64,000 nucleotides of DNA from Gammaproteobacteria bacterium (GCA_023475025.1 JAMCWB010000030.1:1853-65852); one strand, 5' to 3'. Shown: positions 38,401 through 45,556, numbered from the stretch's first letter. The notes: generated by a model from the letters alone, not told the origin. Translations and numbers: made by a program.

Positions 38401-38835
38401 GTCGGCAACCTCAACAAACTCGGGAATGGTGTCGTGCTGCACACCGTAGTATTTGACGGCCATATACATGGCCAGCTGGTGCGATGTCTTCAATGCCAAC
38501 TGGGCATTGCGCAGGTCGCCTTCCGCACCATGGGCGGCGTCATTGCCCTGGATACGCAAAAAATTGATCTGATGGATCAGCGATTTGCTCACGCAGTCGG
38601 CAAATACCGGGTTTTTCACCAGATCGTAAAAGCTGGCCTGGGGCAGACGTGGAAGCGTCTCTTCCTTGTAGATGGTTTTGGTCAGCTCTTCGGCAAAGCT
38701 GCGCAACCGGGTCAACGCGCTGCCGGGGTCGACATGCAGTACCGCTTCGGCCAGCCCGCCAAGATTGGCCAGCACTTCATTGCCGGGGCGCAGAAATTCA
38801 AAATTCACTGATGTCATAAAGGCTATTGTGTCCAT
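35440..38835 (-). CDS. hsdR: Type I restriction enzyme R subunit with N-terminal DUF4145-like module
   Basis: Nuclease GRADYVLW...VIEAKKS, helicase QATGTGKT and ADESHRS, and an EcoEI-R-type C-terminal domain. The N-terminal 110 aa carry RIQGNDAAHG. The start is uncertain (38835 or Met7 at 38817). Confidence 0.9.
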   Translation of the reverse strand: MDTIAFMTSVNFEFLRPGNEVLANLGGLAEAVLHVDPGSALTRLRSFAEELTKTIYKEETLPRLPQASFYDLVKNPVFADCVSKSLIHQINFLRIQGNDAAHGAEGDLRNAQLALKTSHQLAMYMAVKYYGVQHDTIPEFVEVADPTAAIKGLQQSVSNYEKELSQKQEALQQVIAELEQQRTRNIEKLEPPARPDQQKRQRESQQVADSLQWNEAKTRTLLIDAMLLQAGWDVANPAQVGHEVEVDFPDNPSGKGRADYVLWGDNGQPLAVIEAKKSGNVSLQAGREQARMYADGFERMGMQRPVIFYSNGYETFIWDDAQYNTYRPVYGLYSKDSLEYLIYQRQYRVQALEKHNPQLSIADRPYQIEAIKTVAAHFQSQRRKALIIQATGTGKTRVAIALAELLLRTGWAKRVLFLCDRKELRVQADDAFKQNLPSEPRCVIGETSKVDQTARIFIATYPGMMNRFAQLDVGFFDLIIADESHRSIYNKYRDLFDYFDAMQVGLTATPVKFISRNTFDLFDCETTDPTFEFGLDAAINNEPPYLVPFRVKDLTTDFLRDGIHYSQLSEAQQRQLEEDLGEEEARQTTIAGKDIGRKIFSEDTDRIILENLINNGIQDDTGSLVGKTIVFAQRQDHAEHLEKLFCKLYPQYGSKVCKVIHNAIPHVETLIKEFKKPDNDFRIAISVDMLDTGIDVPEVVNLVFAKPVKSWVKFWQMIGRGTRLRPNLFGPGKHKSEFLIFDHYGNFDFFEQEYLEPEDTGSKSLLQTTFEARLQLAQAALKANHADAFDVAVELLQADINDLPDTSVAVKRELRVVHQLQQTPMLKTLDSKTQHLLSNTIAPLMSARVLRDKHATAFDKLIAGIQCCLVVQASCFEDGKTELLAELDRLAVNINAVRQKDAVIAEVRSAAFWQQPSIAKLEHARKELRSIMKYRQSGTGPGYDIGSTRTRDGNIQNNERQVYIAGANEAMIYRRRLKDILDAMLAANPTLQKIRQGEPIAEPELKTLTSTILTSHPGVSLEVLNEFYGRTADQLHLTVREIIGLDPQAIEEHFKRFLHNHPTLTAQQVRFMNLLKNYIAQHGSIVVDKLYEPPFDSISHEGIDGVFTPDDVGDLIAVLEPFIKQEAQHGQ

Positions 38836-38846
38836 GCTGGTTGAAT

Positions 38847-38863
38847 AGCGAAGATCGTGCCAA
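38847..38863 (-). promoter_or_regulatory. Sigma-54 (-24/-12) promoter P1
   Basis: The minus strand reads TTGGCACGATCTTCGCT, with GG-N10-GC spacing. It begins 3 nt after the activator's stop codon and ends 12 nt before the hsdR ATG. Confidence 0.65.
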
Positions 38864-38865
38864 CA

Positions 38866-40350
38866 CTATTCAATGCCGTACTTCTCCATCCAGTTAGTCA
38901 GCGTTTGCTGGCTTTTCAGACCCAGTAATTTGGCTGCTCGGGTCTTGTTACCTGCTGTCTGCTGCAGTGCCTGCTCTAGGTAAGGGCGCACAAATTCGCC
39001 AAGTAGCGCTTGTATATCAATGCCTTGAGAGACATCGAGCCCAGTTGACTTGTCCATCTTAGCAGGCATATCAAACAACGCACCGGCCATATCCTGTTGT
39101 TCGATAGTATCACCTTGGCACCAAAGTGCAGCCCGCACTAGTGTCGCTTGCAGTTCACGAACATTTCCTGGCCACGCATGCTGAAGTACAAGTTTTTTTC
39201 CTTCAGCAGAAATTTTCTTACCGGCCAGAGCGGTATCCTGCCTGCCGATTACCGCCAGCAGCGCTTCGCACAGCAGCAACAAATCACCCTCCCGCTCCCG
39301 CAAAGGCGGCAGATGCAGTACGCCCACTGCAACCCGGTAAAATAGATCTTCACGAAAGCAACCCGCTGCAACATCCGCCATCAGATTGCGGTGGGTCGCA
39401 GCAACCAGCCGGACATCCACACGTTGCTCTACTGACCCGCCCACTGGCGTACACACCCCTTCCTGCAACACTCTCAGTAGACGGACCTGAACGTCGGCCG
39501 CCAGCTCACCAAACTCGTCAAGGAAAAGGGTGCCACCGTCAGCCTGCTGGAAAACCCCAAGCCGGTCAGCAATGGCACCGGTAAAAGCCCCCTTTTTGTG
39601 ACCAAACAATGTTGAGTCGATCAACTCGGAAGGAATGGCGCCACAGTTCACCGCTACAAAGGGCTTGGCTGCTCGCGGCCCAGCATTATGGATCGCCCTG
39701 GCAAACAGCTCTTTGCCGGTACCGGTTTCACCATAGATCAGCACAGGTACCAGCTTTTGCGCTAGCACCTCTGCCTGCTGCTTAAGCAACAGCATGGTTT
39801 TATTTCGCGTGATGATATTGTCGAAGGCCGCATTAACCGGTGCCGCCTGCATGAGCATGTTGTTCAAACTGGCGGCACTGATTTCTGCGGCAGCCGGCAC
39901 ATACTCCGCAGCGATCTCAAAGGGTATGTCGATCTGCTGAACGCCCTGCTCCAGCGAGGATTGGTAATAGAGGGCGGGATAGCGCGTCTTGCCCAGCAGA
40001 ATCCATACTGCCTGCATCGCAGGCGTACCCGGACTGAGCAAAATGGCCAGAGGCTCACCGCTGCTCTGCAGCCTGCGCAAATGACGCTCTGCAGCCTGAT
40101 AAATCTCGGCAAAGTTGACCGGTGAGCTCAGGGGCTCGTGGTAAACATTCAGCGGCGTTTCGGTATTCTCCGCCAGCCAGGCGCGGTAGCTCTCCAGCTG
40201 CTCTGGCGGATAGGAACAAAGCAGTTCAGCCCTGGCAAAGCTGCCAGCATGCAATGTAGAAAGCACAGGGCCCGGCAGACCGCCAGCCGGCGCTTTGAGA
40301 TCATTCCCGCCAATCCAGCTCACCAGAATCGGCAACTGCTTTTTCACCAT
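38866..40350 (-). CDS. RtcR-like sigma-54-dependent activator (CARF - AAA+ - Fis HTH)
   Basis: The N-terminal CARF-type signature LLSPGTPAMQAVWILLGKTRYPALYYQSS parallels E. coli RtcR HITTGTHVAQICWFLL. The AAA+ module has GETGTGKE and GAFTGA. The C-terminal HTH reads NKTRAAKLLGLKSQQTL. ATG 40350 is preferred over TTG 40362. Confidence 0.8.
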   Translation of the reverse strand: MVKKQLPILVSWIGGNDLKAPAGGLPGPVLSTLHAGSFARAELLCSYPPEQLESYRAWLAENTETPLNVYHEPLSSPVNFAEIYQAAERHLRRLQSSGEPLAILLSPGTPAMQAVWILLGKTRYPALYYQSSLEQGVQQIDIPFEIAAEYVPAAAEISAASLNNMLMQAAPVNAAFDNIITRNKTMLLLKQQAEVLAQKLVPVLIYGETGTGKELFARAIHNAGPRAAKPFVAVNCGAIPSELIDSTLFGHKKGAFTGAIADRLGVFQQADGGTLFLDEFGELAADVQVRLLRVLQEGVCTPVGGSVEQRVDVRLVAATHRNLMADVAAGCFREDLFYRVAVGVLHLPPLREREGDLLLLCEALLAVIGRQDTALAGKKISAEGKKLVLQHAWPGNVRELQATLVRAALWCQGDTIEQQDMAGALFDMPAKMDKSTGLDVSQGIDIQALLGEFVRPYLEQALQQTAGNKTRAAKLLGLKSQQTLTNWMEKYGIE

Positions 40351-40464
40351 CCATGCCCCCAAACAGCCATTCTTGTCTGTCCACTACACAAGCCAACAGA
40401 ACTGCTTAGTGCTCAGCTCACTACAACCTGAAAAGCTCAGCCATCACAACGCAGTTTATGCCAT

Positions 40465-40725
40465 TCAATTGCTACGGCCTTGGTCATCAAGGTCACTGAC
40501 TCGCTCGCTAGGAACGTATTCAACCAAGTCTTCTATCTTGCAATCAAAGTAACGGCACAGCCCATCAATATGCTCAGTACTGGTGCTGAATCCCCGCCGA
40601 TTGATCATCTTCGACAAGGTTACCCGGTGGATGCCGGCACCCTCCGCCACTTCCGCGATGGTAATGCGGCGCCCCTCCTCAAACTCCCTGCGGGCGATCA
40701 TTTCTTTGATCTTGAAACGAAGCAT
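40465..40725 (-). CDS. XRE-family HTH regulator
   Basis: 86 aa with the HTH ITIAEVAEGAGIHRVTLSKMINRR. It is divergent from the xis/int genes. Confidence 0.8.
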   Translation of the reverse strand: MLRFKIKEMIARREFEEGRRITIAEVAEGAGIHRVTLSKMINRRGFSTSTEHIDGLCRYFDCKIEDLVEYVPSERVSDLDDQGRSN

Positions 40726-40835
40726 ATTGGCTACATCCGTTACTTATATTTTTCAAATGTTAGCAATTGGCTGCAAAAAAAGCTTGCCTAACGAACCCGT
40801 CGAAGCTATACATATACACATGTAGCCAATTAGCT
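40726..40835. promoter_or_regulatory. Divergent promoter/operator region with ATTGGCT repeats
   Basis: A 10-bp perfect inverted repeat TTGGCTACAT (40727-36) / ATGTAGCCAA (40820-29), plus a third ATTGGCTGC at 40766-74. Confidence 0.5.
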
Positions 40836-40860
40836 ACATATGAAGCCCAAGGAGAACGTT

Positions 40861-41094
40861 ATGACTACTCAATACCTAACCACCGACGAGCTTGCAGCTC
40901 GCATCAAATATGACGCCAGAACAATTCGCGACCGACTCAAGGATAGCGTTTTGCTTGAGGGCGTTCACTACATCCGACCCTTTGGTGGACGCAAAATTCT
41001 TTATATCTGGGAAGCCATTGAGCGAGACATGGGCGGCACATCCAACAGCCCTCTTGCCATCCCCATGGCCAACGGAGGTGTCATGCATGGCTAG
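40861..41094 (+). CDS. AlpA/excisionase-family small DNA-binding protein
   Basis: ATG 40861 after AAGGAG. The sequence LTTDELAARIKYDARTIRDRLKD..GVHYIRPFGGRKILY is typical of Xis/AlpA HTH proteins. It overlaps the int start by 8 nt. Confidence 0.75.
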   Translation: MTTQYLTTDELAARIKYDARTIRDRLKDSVLLEGVHYIRPFGGRKILYIWEAIERDMGGTSNSPLAIPMANGGVMHG

Positions 41095-42292
41095 TATCCG
41101 TGTACGAGAACAGACAGGAAAACTGTTCTTCGACTTCCGTTACCGTAACAAACGATGCCGTGAGCAAACGGCCCTGGATGACACACCTACCAACCGGCGC
41201 AAGCTGGAAGGGATTTTGAAAAAGGTCGAGGCCGAAATCACTCTGGGGACGTTCGAGTATGCTCGGTATTTTCCGGGCAGCAAAAATGCCCAAAAGTTTG
41301 GCGAGGCCGCGACAGCTCAGGCGCAACTCAAGCACCACGCAACGCCACTTTTTAGTGACTTTGCCGATACCTGGTTTGCCGAAATGCAGGCTCAGTGGCG
41401 ACGCTCGCACATTGATACGGTGGCAGGCACTTTGCGCGCCTACTTGAAGCCAGAATTTGGTGAGAAAGAGGTCGGCTCCATCACCAAGGCAGAGATTTTA
41501 TCTTTCCGTTCCCAGCTCGCCAAAGTCAGAAACGGTAAAGACAAACCGCTGTCAGCAGAGAGAATCAACCACATCATGACGCCTTTGCGCATGATCCTTA
41601 ACGAAGCAGCCGACCGGTACGAGTTTACCTCACCCTATCAGGGCATCAAATCGCTAAAGGTACCGCGGACTGATGTAGAGCCGTTTACCGTCGACGAGGT
41701 CAAGCTGATCCTGCAAACGGTGAGGGCCGATTTTAAAAACTATTACACCGTGCGCTTTCTGACCGGAATGCGCACCGGTGAAATTGATGGGCTGCAGTGG
41801 CAATTTGTCGACTTTGAACGCCGACAAATTTTGGTGCGCCAGGCTCTGGTCAGAGACGAGCTGGTTTACACCAAAAATGATGGATCATTCCGCACCATTG
41901 ATATGTCCGGTCCAGTCTATGACGCACTGCAGGAGCAGCATAAAGCGACCGGTCAATTCGACTACGTGTTCTGCACGCGCAACGGCAAGCCTATCGCCCA
42001 CCGCAATATCACCCAACGGGTGTGGTACCCCTTGTTGCGGCACCTGGGACTACGTAAACGGCGGCCCTATCAAACCCGCCATACCGCAGCAACGCTTTGG
42101 CTGGCAGCAGGCGAATCGCCGGAATGGATTGCCCGCCAAATGGGCCATACCACCACCGAAATGCTGTTCCGCGTTTATTCCCGCTATGTGCCCAACCTCA
42201 CACGCCGTGACGGCTCTGCCATGGAACGTTTGCTGGTCAGTGAATTCAACCAAGCCAGCCATTCCGATGCTCAGGAGAAAGAACATGCTTAA
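41087..42292 (+). CDS. int: Tyrosine integrase with N-terminal arm-binding (DUF3596-type) domain
   Basis: ATG 41087 after GGAGG, within track ORF 40892..42292. The N-terminus reads IRVREQTGKLFFDFRYRNKRCRE. Catalytic motifs are GMRTGEI, TRHTAATLW and VYSRY. Confidence 0.88.
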   Translation: MASIRVREQTGKLFFDFRYRNKRCREQTALDDTPTNRRKLEGILKKVEAEITLGTFEYARYFPGSKNAQKFGEAATAQAQLKHHATPLFSDFADTWFAEMQAQWRRSHIDTVAGTLRAYLKPEFGEKEVGSITKAEILSFRSQLAKVRNGKDKPLSAERINHIMTPLRMILNEAADRYEFTSPYQGIKSLKVPRTDVEPFTVDEVKLILQTVRADFKNYYTVRFLTGMRTGEIDGLQWQFVDFERRQILVRQALVRDELVYTKNDGSFRTIDMSGPVYDALQEQHKATGQFDYVFCTRNGKPIAHRNITQRVWYPLLRHLGLRKRRPYQTRHTAATLWLAAGESPEWIARQMGHTTTEMLFRVYSRYVPNLTRRDGSAMERLLVSEFNQASHSDAQEKEHA

Positions 42293-42530
42293 GATATCCG
42301 CTCACACCTGCCGCCGCCTTGCTAGAGCCATCCAGGTTGCATTGCGAATCCCCGAGGGAGATGCGCTGGTCTTTTTGATTGGACGCGGCCACGAAGCATC
42401 CAATCTGGATGCGCTGGAGACCTGGGTGACTGAAACATTGCCACAACTGGAAGAAGAGTGTGGCAAGGCGGTGCTGCCCTATTTGCTTGATCGCCTGGAA
42501 AGCACTCTGGACCAGTGGGGGGCAGCCTGA
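42285..42530 (+). CDS. Small hypothetical protein (81 aa)
   Basis: ATG 42285 in the frame of track ORF 41778..42530. It overlaps the int stop by 8 nt and the next gene by 1 nt. Confidence 0.45.
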   Translation: MLKISAHTCRRLARAIQVALRIPEGDALVFLIGRGHEASNLDALETWVTETLPQLEEECGKAVLPYLLDRLESTLDQWGAA

Positions 42531-43468
42531 TGAACAGCTCACTGCCATCCACCTTTTCAAATAACGATGCAGATGCCTTTTGGTTGACTGGCTGCCTGGA
42601 AACCCAACAGGCCTATCAGGTATCGCCTCTGAAATCCTGTATTTTCCTCGTTTTGGAAAATCTTGCAGGGCGCCATGAGGTTCTAGCAGCCCTGGATAAC
42701 CATCCGGGGTCATGGCCAACCAATGGAGTAGTCGCCGTCTCAATGCACGTCACGGCCCATGGGGGCTTTTTGACCGTTGACGATCAGAAGCTATTAACAA
42801 CCCATGCTTTTCAGTCACTCAGCCATCTACCCGCCAGCAAAGTGGGCTCAGTCACGACCGTAATGGACGTTGAGCGGTGGATAGACAGCTGCCCATACCC
42901 AACACTGCAACGCTTCGCCTATCAGGTACTTGGAGAGCCCAATATTGGCTGTCGATTTTTTAGCTACCCAGCAAGCGCTAACCACCACCACTGCTATCCG
43001 GGTGGGTTGGCTGAGCACAGTCTGGAGGTGGCTCAGTCAGTCTATGCCGTAAGCAGCAGCTTCTCTGAGCATGAGCGCTGGCTAGCCGCGCTCGCTGGCC
43101 TGCTCCATGACCTCGGTAAGGTACGAAGCATGCAGCCAGATGGGCGACGAACAGAAACTGGATATTTGGTGAGTCACGAGCTGCTGGGATATGAGCTAGC
43201 TATTCCGGCCCTCAACACGCTGGAAAAAGAATGGCCAGACGGCGCCAATGGGCTTCGATACCTGTTTGAGTGGCTGATCAAGCCAAAGCAGCAACGACCA
43301 GTATTGCCCGTTGCCCTGGCCATCAAGCAGGCAGACATCATGAGTGCTGCCGCCAATAACCGGCAAAAAGTCTTCAGTGATAAGCCTGTCTGGCAGACCT
43401 TTGCCCGATGCGATGGACCTGGCCCTGAAAGTACCTTCTGGCTGCCAAGGCCGCCGCACGCTGACTAA
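42530..43468 (+). CDS. HD-domain protein of the TraI_2 / MOBH-relaxase-like type
   Basis: HHHCYPGGLAEHSLEV...LLHDLGKV is an HD signature as found in the N-terminal part of MOBH relaxases. At 312 aa it lacks a helicase part. Confidence 0.55.
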   Translation: MNSSLPSTFSNNDADAFWLTGCLETQQAYQVSPLKSCIFLVLENLAGRHEVLAALDNHPGSWPTNGVVAVSMHVTAHGGFLTVDDQKLLTTHAFQSLSHLPASKVGSVTTVMDVERWIDSCPYPTLQRFAYQVLGEPNIGCRFFSYPASANHHHCYPGGLAEHSLEVAQSVYAVSSSFSEHERWLAALAGLLHDLGKVRSMQPDGRRTETGYLVSHELLGYELAIPALNTLEKEWPDGANGLRYLFEWLIKPKQQRPVLPVALAIKQADIMSAAANNRQKVFSDKPVWQTFARCDGPGPESTFWLPRPPHAD

Positions 43469-43613
43469 GGGAGGTCAGTGCTGCCATGGTTGTACGTCAG
43501 CCGCAAGCTTGACTTGGGCGAAAGCCATGCCAGTATAAATACTGATTATCCATACAGCTTTATGGCGAAAGGTAAGCCTTTAGCCCGCTATCAGTTTCCT
43601 ATCGGAGCTTAAT

Positions 43614-44012
43614 ATGCCCACTCTCAATGAAATGACTAACCTGCTGTTCGGCGATGGAGAGCCAATGCAGGGCGCCACCTTCTCGCTGGAAGAGGCGATT
43701 GAACAAGCCAAGTCCTATGCCACGCACAAGCCCTTCAGGATTGTCCGTGACTGGATATGGGCTGATCTGGATGTGGGCGAGAAAATCGCCCTGGATCTGG
43801 AGTCACGAGGTATCAACCCGGTGATGGTCTATGCGCATGAGGTCATGTACGACAGCACTTCGCGCTTCGAACCCGGCAATTGGGTAAGGACCACACCTCT
43901 TATACGGTTTACTCCACCTGGCTTTTTTGAAACCCGAAACACGGTCTATGTCTTGATAGGTGAAGGCAAACGTAAAACAACATCGCTGGACGCCATTATG
44001 AGCATTCACTGA
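43614..44012 (+). CDS. Hypothetical protein
   Basis: 132-aa ORF with a plausible RBS context and no recognisable motif. Confidence 0.4.
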   Translation: MPTLNEMTNLLFGDGEPMQGATFSLEEAIEQAKSYATHKPFRIVRDWIWADLDVGEKIALDLESRGINPVMVYAHEVMYDSTSRFEPGNWVRTTPLIRFTPPGFFETRNTVYVLIGEGKRKTTSLDAIMSIH

Positions 44013-44145
44013 CCCAGCCAACGGCATGCGTTTGGAGGGTGCAGACATTGAGGCGGGTAGTGACAGCTGATGGAAGGCTGCCCTGCCCGCTGTACTGAGC
44101 CCCCCATTCTTACCCACTTGGGCCTATCAGTAAGGAGCCAGAACC

Positions 44146-44457
44146 ATGGAAATTCGTGATGGATTGTCGGCATCCATTCAAGCAGATTTTGAAAAGTCGC
44201 TTGGTGAGGTGCCCCGTCTGCTGGAAAGCCTTGATGACCCATCTAGCAAAGATCTACTGGCAGACATTGCCGCCACAGAAGCTCTTGCACTTAGCCTGCT
44301 GGTGTTTGGCAGTACGGCAAAAGCAAAGCACTACCTGCAAAAATCCAACACTCGTCTTGCTGGCATGACCCCACTGCACGGCATCCAAACCGGCGCCAAT
44401 GCGCGAGATCGTGTCATCGCTGATCTGATCAGGCTGATAGAAGGCTATGTTTTCTGA
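44146..44457 (+). CDS. DUF2384 (MbcA/ParS/Xre antitoxin toxin-binding domain) protein
   Basis: 103 aa after AAGGAG. The C-terminal AKHYLQKSNTRLAGMTPLHGIQTGANARDRVIADLIRLIEG fits the DUF2384 pattern. Confidence 0.6.
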   Translation: MEIRDGLSASIQADFEKSLGEVPRLLESLDDPSSKDLLADIAATEALALSLLVFGSTAKAKHYLQKSNTRLAGMTPLHGIQTGANARDRVIADLIRLIEGYVF

Positions 44458-44914
44458 GCAGGCGCGGAGTATTACGGTCTGTATTCAAATAACTCACATA
44501 AAGAGCAGCATGCAGATGGTTACGCAAGAAAATGACCTGCCGGGCGAGAACGAGAGCCACATGATTGGCTTGCGTGCGGCCATTACAATCCTCAAGGGTT
44601 GGAAAGCCAGCCGAAGCCAGATTCAGAAAATATTGGGCATTTCCAGCTACGCTCTGGACCGAGTCACCGCCGGAAATGCTCCATCCAAGCTGGATGGCGA
44701 GCAGGCTGAGCGCATCAGCATGGTGCTGAACATCCACGCCGCCATGCGCACGCTTTTTGAAAATCCAGCAAACGTATACGGTTTTATGAGACGCCCCAAC
44801 GACAATGATTTTTTTAACGGCCGCGCACCGCTCGATGTTATTGCTGAGGGCCGCCTGCAGGACCTTGTCGAAACGCATCGGCGCATCGAAAGCCTTAGCA
44901 ATGGCACTTGGTGA
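44447..44914 (+). CDS. Xre-like HTH + DUF2384 antitoxin-like protein
   Basis: KILGISSYALDRV plus FMRRPNDNDFFNGRAPLDVIAEGRLQDLVETHRRIE. The start is ambiguous (44447 or 44510). Confidence 0.6.
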   Translation: MFSEQARSITVCIQITHIKSSMQMVTQENDLPGENESHMIGLRAAITILKGWKASRSQIQKILGISSYALDRVTAGNAPSKLDGEQAERISMVLNIHAAMRTLFENPANVYGFMRRPNDNDFFNGRAPLDVIAEGRLQDLVETHRRIESLSNGTW

Positions 44915-45247
44915 GGTGTCCATGACAACGGCACCGCAGCTTGCTGCACGACAAGTACGTGAATGCGATAAGTCGCGAGCCCCAATAACAAGGGCAAGAG
45001 CACTGCCATTGCAGCTCCGAGGCTGGTCGGTTCCATTAGCAGCATAAACGCAATACCCGCGGCTGCTGTGAGAAAAGCCGCATAGTTGAAAGTTTTCTCA
45101 AGGGTGCGGCAGTCCATGTTCACTGAAGGTCCCTTGATCCGTGAACTGATTTATTTGAAGCCAAACCTCAAATACGCGCTGGCTCGCCAAAGGCAGCAGC
45201 CTGCCATGAGCATCATTGCTGACAACGTAACGCACAGGAGAGACCCC

Positions 45248-45556
45248 ATGAAAATCCGCGAGACAAAAAACGTTCTGGTCACTACCGATGTGCTCTGTGA
45301 TGTATGCGGCACATCCACCACAAAACCCGGCACCCCTGCGCAGTATGGCGTGCTGTCAGCCCACTGGGGCTATGGTTCGCAGCATGATGGTGAACGGTAT
45401 GAGGTGCACCTGTGTGAGGGCTGCTTTTTCAGCACCCTGACAGGACTGCGACGTCAGCGGATGGTTGAGCATTTGTTCGACGAAGTATCCGATCAGGCGA
45501 TAAAACCTGACGCACCGTTCGGTCTGGTTGAACGTGATAACTATTTCAAGGACTGA
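45248..45556 (+). CDS. Small Cys-pair (zinc-ribbon-like) protein
   Basis: ATG 45248 after AGGAGA, within track ORF 45086..45556. It carries CDVCG...CEGC. Confidence 0.45.
   Translation: MKIRETKNVLVTTDVLCDVCGTSTTKPGTPAQYGVLSAHWGYGSQHDGERYEVHLCEGCFFSTLTGLRRQRMVEHLFDEVSDQAIKPDAPFGLVERDNYFKD

Noticed and set aside
40892-42284. N-terminal extensions of the integrase ORF (from 40892) and of the 81-aa ORF (from 41778)
   Set aside because: The extensions overlap better-supported genes in another frame (xis and int respectively) and lack RBSs. Internal ATGs with GGAGG or coupling contexts were used instead.
44647-45123. 158-aa minus-strand ORF
   Set aside because: Its C-terminal 90 residues are R/S-rich antisense translation of the DUF2384 gene. 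Only the hydrophobic N-terminal part might be meaningful, and that is mentioned under the orphan-antitoxin finding rather than called as a gene.
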